Assembly (NCBI GenBank): GCA_051599415.1
Contig: AP039689.1
Coordinates: forward strand, 496,001 to 560,000
Reading direction: 5' to 3'
Length of the DNA stretch: 64,000 nt
Source of the DNA: Savitreella phatthalungensis
Lineage: Eukaryota
The stretch's first letter is position 1. Each line of letters opens with the position of its first letter. Positions 1-11,589 of this stretch are shown here, in pieces. The position numbers and the translations under genes are program-made. The notes beneath the pieces are model-generated. The model saw only the letters and a list, made by a program, of their open reading frames with translations. It had not been told where the DNA came from and did no database searches.

Positions 1-875
1 ATTTCATTGCCCTTCCGAATACCGTCGGGAAAACAGAAATTCATTATGAAAATATTGCAATCGTGTTCGTGGATGGATTCATACGAAGTCATCGAGACTC
101 AAACTGTCGAGTTCAGCTTCCGTGTAGCTGTGGCTTGGGTGAGATTTAAGGTTGATTGACGGTTCGTCCGGTGGGGCAGACGAAACGGGGTGTCTGTAGC
201 TGATTGTGGTACGCAGTGATACTGTTGATTTGCGCCACCGCGAGCTTTCATGGTCGCCGACGTTGCCAAACGCCGATAACCTGCCGAGAAAAGCGCGAGA
301 ATTGTAAATCGAAAGGTTCAAGAGAGACAGTCTGGATATTCAGAACCTCTCGTCTCTGTCAAGGAATTGTACTCCGTCTGCAATATAGACGTACATTGAC
401 GGGCTCAAAACAAGACACAGGCCAGTGTCACTTCAGACGTCATTTTATCTCCTGCGTCTGCGTCACGAGCTCCGGCGGGCTTGAGGCAAAGGAGGTATCA
501 CGCTTGTATTTTTGTAATGGAAAGACGGCATGTCATCGAAACGATCGAGACGTCCGCGCACTCAGTGTTTGAGGCATCTACACAATGACAAAAATTTCGA
601 CGTTTCCTAGCTTTTGGACGAACAGTGCCAAGACGGCGCTGAGTCGGGCAACGACGTGCCCTATCGTGGCTCTGAAGAGCTGTGCACGACCATCGTGATC
701 ACATACTAAGAGCGATCCGACGACCTGCAGAATCGCATGCAAAGCTAGTCTTTATGAGAGCGCCTCAAGCACGAGTTTATATAAACGCATATGATATCTG
801 ATAAGTACGGTTAGGTCGAGTCGTGAAGAAACTAAATTGAGGCTAACAGTTTGGAGCATTAATCATCGGCTCGAA

Positions 876-3242
876 TTACAACAGGCACAACTTTGTCGTG
901 CTGCCCAAAATCGTCAGTTTGCAGACGCCCACAAGGCACTGTGATGTGTCTGAGCATTCCTGATTAAGCCCGAGAGTCGGTGCGCCGGTGCCGGTCGATC
1001 CGGTGCCGGTGCCAGTCCCACTACCAGCTCCGGAGCCGGCATTGCTCGTTGGAGTGCCGGTGACCGTGACAAAGCCGGAAGACGCCGTGGTAGTGGCAGG
1101 AAGCTGTGCGCAAGTGCCGCCAGTTCCAAGCCCGGCGACGTTGAGTCCAAGGCAAAGACCGAGGCCCGCGGATTGGCACTGAGCATCAGACGTGCATGGA
1201 TCACCGACTTTCAGTGGTGTCCCAGTAACACCAGGAATCAGCGCGGAGGATGATGGCAGAACCTGTACGCAGACTCCTAGAATGCTCGTGTCTAGCACAT
1301 TCAGGCCAACACAGACACCGAGTCCTGCATTCAGGCAGTCCTGATTTGAACGACAGCCTGTGCCGATGATTGGGGACGAAGTGGATCCAGCTGCTGTGCC
1401 TGTCGTGGTCATAGGATTGTTTGAGGGTGAACCAGTCGTGCCAGTAGCAGTGTTAAGATTACCACCAACTGGCAAGCCACCGATAGCTGAGCCAGAAGGT
1501 GCAGCTGTGGGTAGGCCTGAGATGTTGATTACCGGACTGCTTGAGGATAGACCCACCTGTGCGCAAGTGCCAGCAGTAATAAGGCCATTGACATTCAAGC
1601 CTAGACAAAGTCCAAGTCCAGCAGCCTGACATTGGGCATCCGAAGTGCATGGCGAACCGATGGAGATCGGAGCAGTCGGGGCGGCAGTCGCGCCCGAAGA
1701 AGCGCTGCTTGGGGCGAGCTGAGCACATGTGCCAAGAATGCTCGAGTCCAGGACATTGAGGCCAAGGCAGAGGCCCAGTCCTGCATTGAGACAATCTTGG
1801 GTATCGCGGCATCGCACACTAGTGGAAGATGTCCCGGTAGGTGCGGCGGAGCCCGTGCCAGATCCACCGGAACCGCCGCTGAAACCAGGAGTCATGCTGC
1901 CTGTACCGCTGCCGGTATTGCCATTCCCGGCACCCGGGGATGTGGTGCTTGAACTTGGTGGCAAAGCCGCGCACGAACCTGCCACTACAAGTCCATTGAG
2001 GGATGTGAGACCAACGCAAAGGCCGAGTCCAGCAGCCTGACATTGCGAATTCGAGGTACATGGCGAGCCCAGAGCAAGAGTCGGCGCCGAACCGAGGTTT
2101 GATGTGGCCGTTCCAGCACTTCCGCCACTTGAAGCAGTTGTGGATGCCCCACCATTGCCTGACTGCGGTACGGAGCAAACACCAGTGCTTACGCCAAGGA
2201 TGGGTGGCAACTGAAGACAGACGCCAAGACCGAGCACGCTGCATTGATTGTCGCTCGTGCAAGACACCGGCGTGCCAATTGGCAAGCCGGAGGGCGATGG
2301 AATAATACCTGTGAGAATTCCCGTTGGAAGCAGGCCAGATGGCAATAATCCGGATGGTAAGCCGAGAGAAGTTGGTAAGATGCCCGTCGGCAGGAGCGTA
2401 GCAATGCCACTGAGGCTTGGGCTCAGAACGACACCGGACGGCGACAGGCAGAGGCCGATATCGGCACCAACAATATTCGTGGCATTGACGCACACGACAC
2501 CAGCGAGACCGCCACAGTCAGACGACGTTGTGCAGGTGCGTGCCGTGGGCTGGGCTGTTGGCGAGGCAATTTGTGATGTAGCGCCGGTGGTGGTTGTTGT
2601 AGATTGTGTCAATGACCGATCTGTTGGTTGAAGCGTGGCTGTACCATCCGTCGAGGTCGATGGAATGCCGGTTGGCGAGGCTGCTGTGTTCGTGGGCCCG
2701 GTGGTCGTGCCGACCGTCTGTGTGACAGTCTGTGTAACTGTAACGGTGACTTGAGAAACGGTTGAAGTGCTAACAAATGTCCCCGTGATGGCAGAAGGGA
2801 CTGTGATCGTGCAAGGCGTGTTAGCCGTGCATGTTTGTCCACCGACGATTGTCGTCGTCTGTCCGGGAACTTGTGTCGAGGTTGGGAAGAAGACCGGGAC
2901 GTCAGTATACGCCGACCCTGCGATGGTGCATGTCCCGGTGCACTGTGTGAAGGTATTAAAAATCACAGAAGTCGGATCACCTCCACTGTTGGTGACCGGA
3001 TTTCCGCCGATGACCGTGTCTGATCCAGGAGTAATGGTCTGGGTGGCCAGTCCTGTAATTGCATATGGTTGGCCGGTAGAAATGATGGTGTTTGTCGAAC
3101 ATGCAGGACCATTGCATGCTGGAATCTGAGTCAGCACGGGCACATAGCTCGTGACAGGCGTACACTCGGCAGGGATCTGTCGAGGGACTAGCAGAGCGGC
3201 CGCAAACCCAGCGAAGGGCAAGGTGATAACAGCAGGATACAT
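876..3242 (-). CDS. Secreted Ser/Thr/Gly-rich protein with eight 4-cysteine repeats (putative cell-surface/adhesin-like)
   Basis: 788-aa ORF; hydrophobic N-terminus (MYPAVITLPFAGFAAALL); repeated C-x5-C-x7-C-x13/14-C units such as CTSDAQCQAAGLGLCLGLNVNGLITAGTC separated by low-complexity linkers. Confidence 0.8.
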   Translation of the reverse strand: MYPAVITLPFAGFAAALLVPRQIPAECTPVTSYVPVLTQIPACNGPACSTNTIISTGQPYAITGLATQTITPGSDTVIGGNPVTNSGGDPTSVIFNTFTQCTGTCTIAGSAYTDVPVFFPTSTQVPGQTTTIVGGQTCTANTPCTITVPSAITGTFVSTSTVSQVTVTVTQTVTQTVGTTTGPTNTAASPTGIPSTSTDGTATLQPTDRSLTQSTTTTTGATSQIASPTAQPTARTCTTSSDCGGLAGVVCVNATNIVGADIGLCLSPSGVVLSPSLSGIATLLPTGILPTSLGLPSGLLPSGLLPTGILTGIIPSPSGLPIGTPVSCTSDNQCSVLGLGVCLQLPPILGVSTGVCSVPQSGNGGASTTASSGGSAGTATSNLGSAPTLALGSPCTSNSQCQAAGLGLCVGLTSLNGLVVAGSCAALPPSSSTTSPGAGNGNTGSGTGSMTPGFSGGSGGSGTGSAAPTGTSSTSVRCRDTQDCLNAGLGLCLGLNVLDSSILGTCAQLAPSSASSGATAAPTAPISIGSPCTSDAQCQAAGLGLCLGLNVNGLITAGTCAQVGLSSSSPVINISGLPTAAPSGSAIGGLPVGGNLNTATGTTGSPSNNPMTTTGTAAGSTSSPIIGTGCRSNQDCLNAGLGVCVGLNVLDTSILGVCVQVLPSSSALIPGVTGTPLKVGDPCTSDAQCQSAGLGLCLGLNVAGLGTGGTCAQLPATTTASSGFVTVTGTPTSNAGSGAGSGTGTGTGSTGTGAPTLGLNQECSDTSQCLVGVCKLTILGSTTKLCLL

Positions 3243-5644
3243 GCCTTGCTGGAGATTGCGAAAATTGTGCAGGGCAGCGTTGGCAATCCACGTCGTTATA
3301 TATTGCGAGATGATGTACTCAAGTCTCGCTTACCAGGCGAGCCGAATATTGGCGAGACTGAGTGATCATCATCGGATCATCGTGCCTCACGATGAGGCAC
3401 CAGCATAGCGTCCGCGTCACTGAAGCGCCATGTCTTGGTCAGGATCACAGACCTCGAATGGCAAAGATGGCTCAGCCGGGTCGAGCTGTGGGTATTCGGG
3501 CAAAGCGACTAATGACCGAGCCGCGCGAGGTATCGTCTGAAGTTCGTTTGATGCCAAGGACGATCTGCCTTTGGCGGGGTAGAGAGACGCCATGGGATAG
3601 ATGTGAAGGCATCAATATAATGTAGCGAGCTTTACCGAAAGGGCGCAGGCGCAACGGTGCCAGGTGTGACCGAACGGGTCATTGTAGAGATGAGATAAAC
3701 GAGAAGCTGAAATTTCGCCTTTCGAAGCGACTTGTCACCCGTTGGCGACCGCGCGCGTGGAATGCCCCGCGCGCTTGTGCATGCAGGAGATGGAGGAACG
3801 TCGATCGGACGGGGGTAACGAGGACTATTCAATGCCAAACGAGCGCCTCGTCAGTTCTGTTGGCTCGTTGATTCCAGTGAGCTGGTGAAGAGACCAAAAT
3901 GCATCTCGAAGAGAATGTCGAACAATTGCACGCGATGGGAGGCTCTCGCTTCCCCTCTCACGGTCTTCTCGATACAAACACTCCTATTGGATGGCGAGTT
4001 TGACAGCTCCTTCTCTGCAGCTTCCAAAAGGAGAATTAGATCTTCAATGCTCTTCAGGAAGATTTCCCAATCGAGCAATTAAATCAAAACAGTGTAGCCA
4101 TACCCTAACCAAGGATTGAGATCAGCCAAAGCCTTCCGCCGCGGGGCTGACGAATTTGGAAGTTCGTGGCGTTTTGACGTAAGCTTCAGTAATGCATGAT
4201 CTGCAGCAATTGGTCAAATTTCTCTCACCTTGCACCATCAGGTTGACACAGAAGATCGTACACAAATCAACCATTGCACTTGACACAATCTGAAAGCTAT
4301 AACGCAGCCTCAGAATTTTGCAGGTGAGCCGATGGCCACGAAAGTGTGAGAGACTCAAGCCCAGCTGCGGATCACAAAGCCAACTCCGATTCGTTGCCTC
4401 ATTGACATTGGTTCATAATTGTGTCGGTCGTTTGGTCTGCCAGCGGTCGCTGGCTCTCCTGACAAAGTCCATCGAATGACTTCCTTTTCAAATGCAACTA
4501 TGTGAAGCAAGATTCGATGCACAAGGAGATAATAGTGCATGTCCGATGGCCCGAAGACGTGATGGCAATGCAGATGGATTTCTATTGTTGGATCTCGGGT
4601 GGCGTTGATTGCCCAATGTGTGGCCGTGAAAGGGGATTGTCTGAGGAGAAGTGAGACATTTTGAGGGGGCTGTCCCCGCGAGCTCCTGCAAGGATTAAAT
4701 ATTTGATGACGGTATCGATGCCGAATCCTAGTTATACCAGAGCTCGTTGAAGAATAGGCTTCACCACGCTCCGCCCAATACTAGTCGTAGACAGATCTGC
4801 AGATGAACATAGAATTAATGAAATACGTCGACAAAGGATGCTTGCAGAGGACGTATCGCGCGCGTCAACCGACCAATGTCCTGTAGAATGAATCTGTGAC
4901 CTTATCTTCAGGCACTCTGGCACGCTTTGCCCATAACTCCAGACCCTTCTTGCTCTACGGAGAGAAGGTCAAAGTCAGGATAAACGCGATTTTGCGCTAC
5001 TTTGTCATTGGCGGATTAGCCGAAGAGTGAAACATCAGACCTATTTTGGCGACAAGCGAGCGAATTCAATTCAAAAGGAGGTTTCTCAGCGATCGCCACA
5101 ACGCACAGAGCACTTCGGCAAGTGAACCTCGAGGGATATTCGCCCCCGAGAGCCACTCAAGCCGACGTTTAACCTTCCGTCTGACTGCGACTCGCGCTCC
5201 AGTCTAAGTCACACAGGAGCTCAGTCAAATAGTGTCCATCTTGGCTGATTCAGCTTTGATAGAGATTCATGTTGTTTTATATTTCGCGTGATACCAGCTC
5301 CCGTGGATGAGCCGGCACTTAAATCCGTGAGATGAATCAATACAATGTGTCGAATAGTCTGGTTTATGCTTGCAATCGAGTGCGCTGGTCAAGCAAATCT
5401 TCGAGACCCAGCCAATCGAGAACCACTGATTCCACAGCCTCAAGCGTGCACGCGAGCCGACCCATATTTTGATTCGGCTCGTCTCTCTCGGGGTTGAGTT
5501 TCTGGGAAATGTGCATATCGGATCGAAATTGGCAAAAGGATTTACCAACACATCGATCACTGCACATCGAGCACGGAAGAAAAGGTTCCTGTTCTTGGCC
5601 GGCAGCAGGACAAGGATTTCGCGTGAGTCAATGAGCGGTCGCTC

Positions 5645-6707
5645 ATGCTCGGCCCAGCAGTCGCGAATGAGCAACCAAGATCGTTTGGTGGTCGAATTTT
5701 GGATGACCCTGCAAGAGTGCTTGACCACAATGCGTGGGACAATGTTATGTGGGAGGACGATCACATAAAGCACGCCATGGAGCGCGAGAGATTCCATCGA
5801 AACAATCCGGTTCCACGCGCCCTCAAGGACGAATACGGTGATCCGCACGCTGCTGATCACTGGAATGTGTTTTATGAGCAGCATCAGGAGTGTAGGTCAG
5901 CAACGCCAACTTACATCGCCTTATCACTGACCAAAGCAGATTTCTTCAAGGACCGCAATTGGCTGTACCGCGAGTTTCCAGAACTGGTGGCTGCGACATT
6001 GCAGAGTGCCGGTTCCATCACAATATGTGACATCGGTGCAGCAGTTGGCAATACCATTTTCCCTCTGCTGGCCCAGAACAAAAACGATGAGCTGCGTATT
6101 ATAGCCCTGGACTATAGTCGCAAAGCTATATCCATCCTGCGAGACCAACCAAATTTCAATGGGAACGTTGTGCAGACTCATGTCTGGGACATGGCCGATT
6201 CCGAAGGGCCGCCTGCGGCTGTCTGCCATGAAAGCGTAGATATTTGTGTCCTCATTTTCGCATTCTCTGCTATTTCACCACAGCAATGGGCTCAGGCTGT
6301 CAACAATATCAAAAGCATGCTCAAACCTGGTGGTCTGCTGCTGATACGAGATTACGGACGCTGGGACCTCACCCAGCTGCGATTCAAGAGCGGCCGCCTG
6401 CTGGAGGAGAACTTCTATATACGCGGGGACGGCACGCGGGTGTAAGATCCCAGAAGTTGCGCAGGCACATCATCTAACGAGCAGATATTTCTTTGACAAT
6501 GCAGAGCTGAGCGAGATCTTCCGCGAATTCAACATTTTGCAGAACGACGTCGACCGACGCTTACTGGTCAACCGGAAGCTTGGCACCAAAATGTACAGAT
6601 CTTGGATTCAGCTCAAGGCCAAGAAACCAGCTCTTGCTTGTGACACGGCGCCACCAACGGCGCAATTTTCAAGCAGCTCGAGCGAAACCGACAGAACAAC
6701 CACTTGA
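5645..6707 (+). CDS. TRM140: tRNA m3C methyltransferase (Trm140/Abp140/METTL2 family), 3 exons
   Basis: Motifs [49 protein letters not shown]; introns 5892-5936/5939 (GTAGGT..CTGAC..AAG/CAG) and 6442-6484 (GTAAGA..CTAAC..CAG) restore GDGTRVYFF and DRRLLVNRK; stop at 6705-6707. Confidence 0.9.
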
Positions 6708-7517
6708 ACACTGGCAAGCACTTGATTGGAGTAATCTACTGATCACTTTTTGTGACACAAATGTATTAAGGTAGAAGGAGAGGATGCAGATGATGCACTA
6801 CGAGTGACGCACTCTTTGCTTATACAAGCTCTGGTGTTGCTGAGAGTAACGACGGTGTGGCGCACGAGGTCACGTGCACACCTGGAAGATAACTGTAGGT
6901 GGAAACTTCGTGCGTAACAAAGAGGGAAACGTTGTTGTCAAATCAGGGGGAGTCACCGAGAATCAGTCTTACTTAGTGGACAGAGAAAATCAATCTTCAC
7001 TTCACCGCTGTCACTTGATCCCTGAGAGATCAATAGTCTGCGCGTTCTTCGCATGCTGTCAGCCAACAGAATTGCCTCAATTTTCAATAAGCTCGATTGG
7101 CTATATGCGCTGGAAATGAGCCGTCTCTTTGGAATTTTACTGACCTCGCGCTTAGAGCAACCAAAATCCAGGTTTGGCGGAATTCTGCGTCAGGCACGTC
7201 CATGGGCGGACTATCACTTCCCGTAGGCGTAAGCCAAATCACATGAAGACACACTCAAAGTGTTAAAATAATTAGTTCTCGAAAATGCCAGTCACTGAGC
7301 GCGTCGCTTCCCTGCTCCTTCTTGGCTCTTCCTTACCAACGAGATAGATCAAGGCCCTGCACGAACGCGGCGCCCGCGACCCGGTGGTCGTCAACTCGAG
7401 GCGCGTCATCCTCGCTCGAACCTCGCAGGACGATCGAAAGGTCCGATATGTCTTGCCATTGAGGTGCACTGTAGATGCAGTATAGCCTCAATGTCGTATA
7501 ACACTTTCCGAAACGGC

Positions 7518-7986
7518 TCATTTGTTGCTCATCGTTGTTCTTTTGCGCTCACCTCCACCGACCTTCTTCATCACCGGCAGCTCATGTGGCTCCTCACCGT
7601 GTCTTGTTTTGTCAGCGTCACATCTAGTGAGATTGCAGGACACCCACTTATACTTCTCTCGCCAACGCAGCAGGTATTTGCGTTGACGGGGTGTAAGTCC
7701 GATCTCTTTGAGATCTTCACGCGAGGTTTGGAAGAGCTGTGTCCATTCCGTAAGCTTTTTGCCAGCAGCTTCGTCCATGCCGCGTCCGATGAATCGCAGA
7801 AAGGCGCCGGCCGATGTTGTCAGACCTGCGATGGAGTCAGCATGAGCGGATTGCTGGTAGCCGAAATGGAAGCATACCTCTGGGAGCCGATTCCTGGGTA
7901 GTCTTACTGGAGATTCGTCGAAGGACTGATTCGAAGACGATGCGCTTCGAACCCGACGTCGAGATTTGACGAACTGAGGGCAACAT
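7518..7986 (-). CDS. FYV4: Mitochondrial ribosomal small-subunit protein mS41 (IGR-domain), 3 exons, 123 aa
   Basis: FLRFIGRG...WTQLF...LKEIGL.PRQRKYLLRWREKY and GGERKR motifs; introns 7877-7826 (GTATGC..CTGAC..CAG) and 7647-7603 (GTGGGT..CTGAC..AAG); spliced N-terminus MLPSVRQISTSGSKR resembles a presequence. Confidence 0.8.
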
Positions 7987-8238
7987 GACGTGTCGCGCAG
8001 CCTTCGTGTAGTTCGTTGAAGCACGCCAGGTAGCACACAGCGAGTTCATGTGTATAGTGCAAGGCTGCATTCTTATCTGGACTGTAGAAATCCAACTCCA
8101 CGTATACCGGAACTTTGAAGTCGATTTCAGTCGTCTGCATTCCTCCCGGGAGAGAGTCATACATGGTATGATTCAGTAGGACGCACCCACCTGTCAATGA
8201 AATCATTCATCATCTACTGGTATACGGAGCTTTGAGGC

Positions 8239-9591
8239 ATGCGTCTACCTTGTCGAGCTCAGCCTTCACGCGCTTGGCGACTTTTTTCGAGTCAGACACC
8301 AGGCAATCGCCTTCCAGCGCATCGTCCTAGCGCACAGCACAAGATCAGCGCAACCGAGCGCAAGCTTAATATACCTTGGGAAGATGGGAAGACATCATCT
8401 TTTCACCATATCTGGCTTCGTGACCACTGCAGATCGCCGGTGAGCTTCCACAAAGAGACGAATCAGCGCCTACACGAGACTGCGAAGTTACCCTTCGATA
8501 TCGCCCCTGAGTCCTTCACATCCGAAGTCCAAGGCTTGCGCGTCAAATGGACGCATGGTGGGCACGAATCTTTTTATGAATGGGACTGGCTCCATAGGCA
8601 TTCCTACTCACCCAAGCTGGAGAAACAGGTGGATGAGCCATTGAGTTATTGGGGCAGCGAGATTGTCCACGAGATGCCGACGATCAGCTACGAAACCGTG
8701 ATCGCTAGCGACAAAGGAGTCGGCGAGTGGCTGACCATGATTCGGCGTTACGGATTTGCCATTGTCAAGGACACTCCTGTCACGCCGGAGGCATCGAAGC
8801 GGCTGCTCGAGCGAATAGCCTTCATTCGACTCACACAGTAAGAATCTCTTTACAAATGATCATCTGTACCCTTGACTTACTTGCAGCTATGGAGGATTCT
8901 ACGACTTCACTCCGGATCTGGAGCACGGTGACACTGCATATACCAATATTGCTCTCAAAGCACATACCGACACGACCTATTTCACAGATCGTAAGTGATC
9001 GGCCGCGGTCGAAATGGGAGCTCTGACTAACGAGGTATAAAAGCGGCTGGAATACAGATGTTGCATCTGCTAGCTCACAGCGGTACTGGTGGCGAAACCC
9101 TGCTCGTGGATGGTTTCAAAGCGGCTCGCATCCTCCGGGACGAGAGTCCGAAAGCGTACCAAACACTGAGCCGTGTCCGTGTTCCAACCCATTCGGCTGG
9201 TGATGCTGACAAGTGTATAATGCCGTCGGTAGGAGCCCATGGCTTCCCGATCATCAATCATGATCCATCGACAGGCATGTTATGGCAGATTCGTTACAAC
9301 AACGACGATCGCAGCACGATGACGAATTGGCACGACGATGACGAGGTCGATTCATTCTACCACGCTTTGAAAGCTTGGGATGGCATACTCACGCGCAAAA
9401 GTGAGGAACTATGGTTTCCGATGGAGCCAGGCAAGGCGCTTATTTTTGACAATTGGCGAGTGCTTCATGGGCGTGCGGCATTCACTGGTTCTGATCGACG
9501 GATCTGCGGTGGATATGTAAATCGAGACGATTTTGAGTCAAGACGACGACTGACAACGCACGGACGCTCTCGTGTCTTATTCGAGCTATAA
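8239..9591 (+). CDS. Trimethyllysine dioxygenase (TauD/BBOX family, carnitine biosynthesis), 3 exons
   Basis: WLRDHCR, THYGGFYDFT, HTDTTYFTDPAGIQ, GGETLLVDGF, DNWRVLHGR; introns 8838-8886 and 8991-9043 join the three exons in frame. Confidence 0.9.
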
Positions 9592-9724
9592 CTTGACGCT
9601 GCACAGTCGGATGTTAGACGTAACAAGATTGCATTAGAATTGGCAACCAGGATCGACCAGTCTCCACGGCTTGCCATCACAGAGGATCGACTAAGATAGG
9701 AGCTTGTTGACCTTACGTGGAATT

Positions 9725-10381
9725 TCAATGGAACGCAAGATCGCCGCGGAGCATTCTTTCACCGGTTGGAGAGAGCCGGCGTTTGATTTGCTTACCTGCC
9801 TCGCTCGCATTCGCATATGGGGTTAGAGTGCCTTGCGTCGGATCATTGACAGCCATTTCATTTGAGGAGGAACTTTCTGATACAGTGCGTGCGTGACTTG
9901 CTGCGGATCTCACAAGCTGACCCGTGGGAGCATTCACCGCTTCTCTTGACGAAGAATTTTCAGATCTCATGCGCGCGTTTTGACCACTAAACATGATAGC
10001 TCGGGCGCCTAAGGACAGTCGACGTCCCAGATTCGGCTGCGTTTCGTCTGTCATCGAGCGCTGCGGTGATCTCCTTTCGATGTTAGTCTTCCTATTGCGA
10101 GTCGTATCAATCGGATCATCAGTGATACTAGCGTTGGTCGACAAATCGCTGTTGGCAATCAGCGTTAATGGCACATCGTCAGCAATCGCTGACTCGTTCG
10201 TCAGATTCATGACCTGCGGTATGGCGAAACCCAGCCGCGCACTAACTGAATCTCTTCCTAAAGAGAGTGACGGATGTCGCGATGCATGAAGCAGGGTGTT
10301 GGTTTGCGGAGCGGCACCACGAAACAAGCTGGAGTACTCGCTGATCGAGGACGAGCGACGCTCACGTTGGTGATTAGTCAT
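9725..10381 (-). CDS. Hypothetical, largely disordered fungal protein
   Basis: 218-aa ATG-initiated ORF between genes; RRLS phosphosite-like motifs; C-terminal GERMLRGD motif. Confidence 0.6.
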   Translation of the reverse strand: MTNHQRERRSSSISEYSSLFRGAAPQTNTLLHASRHPSLSLGRDSVSARLGFAIPQVMNLTNESAIADDVPLTLIANSDLSTNASITDDPIDTTRNRKTNIERRSPQRSMTDETQPNLGRRLSLGARAIMFSGQNARMRSENSSSREAVNAPTGQLVRSAASHARTVSESSSSNEMAVNDPTQGTLTPYANASEAGKQIKRRLSPTGERMLRGDLAFH

Positions 10382-11589
10382 TTTGAGTCAACCGCTCCGA
10401 AGAGCCTCCAACAGGCTGAGCGCCCGACAAACGTTATCTTCGGCAGTCCAGAAGATCGCCCCTTGACGTTAAAACGCAGGGTTTCTGACTGCGCCGTTGA
10501 GTACGCTGATGATGCCTTCAATAGTTCTTCGCTGGACCAGGCGAACTTTGTCTAGCCCGAACACCGCGTTTGCTGATTGCCTTGCGACCAGAGTGGAGCA
10601 TTCTTTGCTCGCGTTTCTTCCCTATGGCAGCTATGATCGACGACGCGAAGCAATTTACTGCAGGTCAAACCTCGCCAATCAAAAATCATCACCCCACACT
10701 CTTGGAAAACGGACGATCAATTGGAAATTGATGTGATTCCAAATAAGAAGCGAGCTATTTAGCACTCGACGGGTTTTCGCATAGTAGGAAATGCCGGCGT
10801 TTCCGCTCTTCACAGCTTCTGTGAGGCACAGCAAGGTAGTCGGGGCGTTGCAGATTGATGACGTCGAGCAGTGATGCCTCAGCACATCATCGTCAAGATG
10901 AGACAACGGACCCATTTCATTTGTCTATTGTTCACACCTATCAAACAGGTTCGATGTGAGCTGCGAGTTTACTGCAATCCGGGCATCGACGAGAGTTCTA
11001 TCTCGCAATGACCATTTCCTGCAGAGCAGATGCGTGATCAATGACACGTAATTGTGGAATTGACTGCCCACAATGCTGTTCGTCAACGCTGCCAGATGAT
11101 GCGCAACGATTCGTCACATGATGAAAAATAGCACATGACATCTCAAAGTTTCGCAGAGCAAACATGCTTTCATGGATGGACAAGACAACCTGGTCCAAAT
11201 GTACAGTGGCTTGCCCAGGTACGCTTGCATGCAAGACAGGAAATTGATGAACCCTTATTCGTCTTTATTTGCGGACGTCTGTGGTCATGCGCGAACGCTG
11301 AAATCATGCGTTATGACTTCAGCTGGTCCGACACCGTCGCCGCGCTATAGTAAGGGGCGCATGCTATTGACAACAAGCGCCTCGCAGGTCACGCGATAAG
11401 CTGTGGTCGCAGCACACGACCTGGAGAATACGAGAAAGTCAAGTCAAGATCAATGAGAATGACGTCGAGAATTGAAATCCAGCCGAAACTGAATGCCGGC
11501 AACATCCCGAAGGATCTGCTGAGAAGGCTTATCCTATAAATGTTCGCATATTCGAGACAGACTTTTGGAACATAGAGTGGTTGAACCTT

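Noticed and set aside
79..572. Short ORFs at the window start
   Set aside because: No recognisable motifs or convincing exon structure
3630..3800. GC-rich short stems upstream of the Cys-repeat gene (possible ncRNA/riboswitch)
   Set aside because: No TPP-riboswitch or snRNA consensus found; stems are short and expected at this GC content
3851..4923. Chain of short minus-strand ORFs suggesting a decayed gene
   Set aside because: Could not join them with credible splice sites or assign a family
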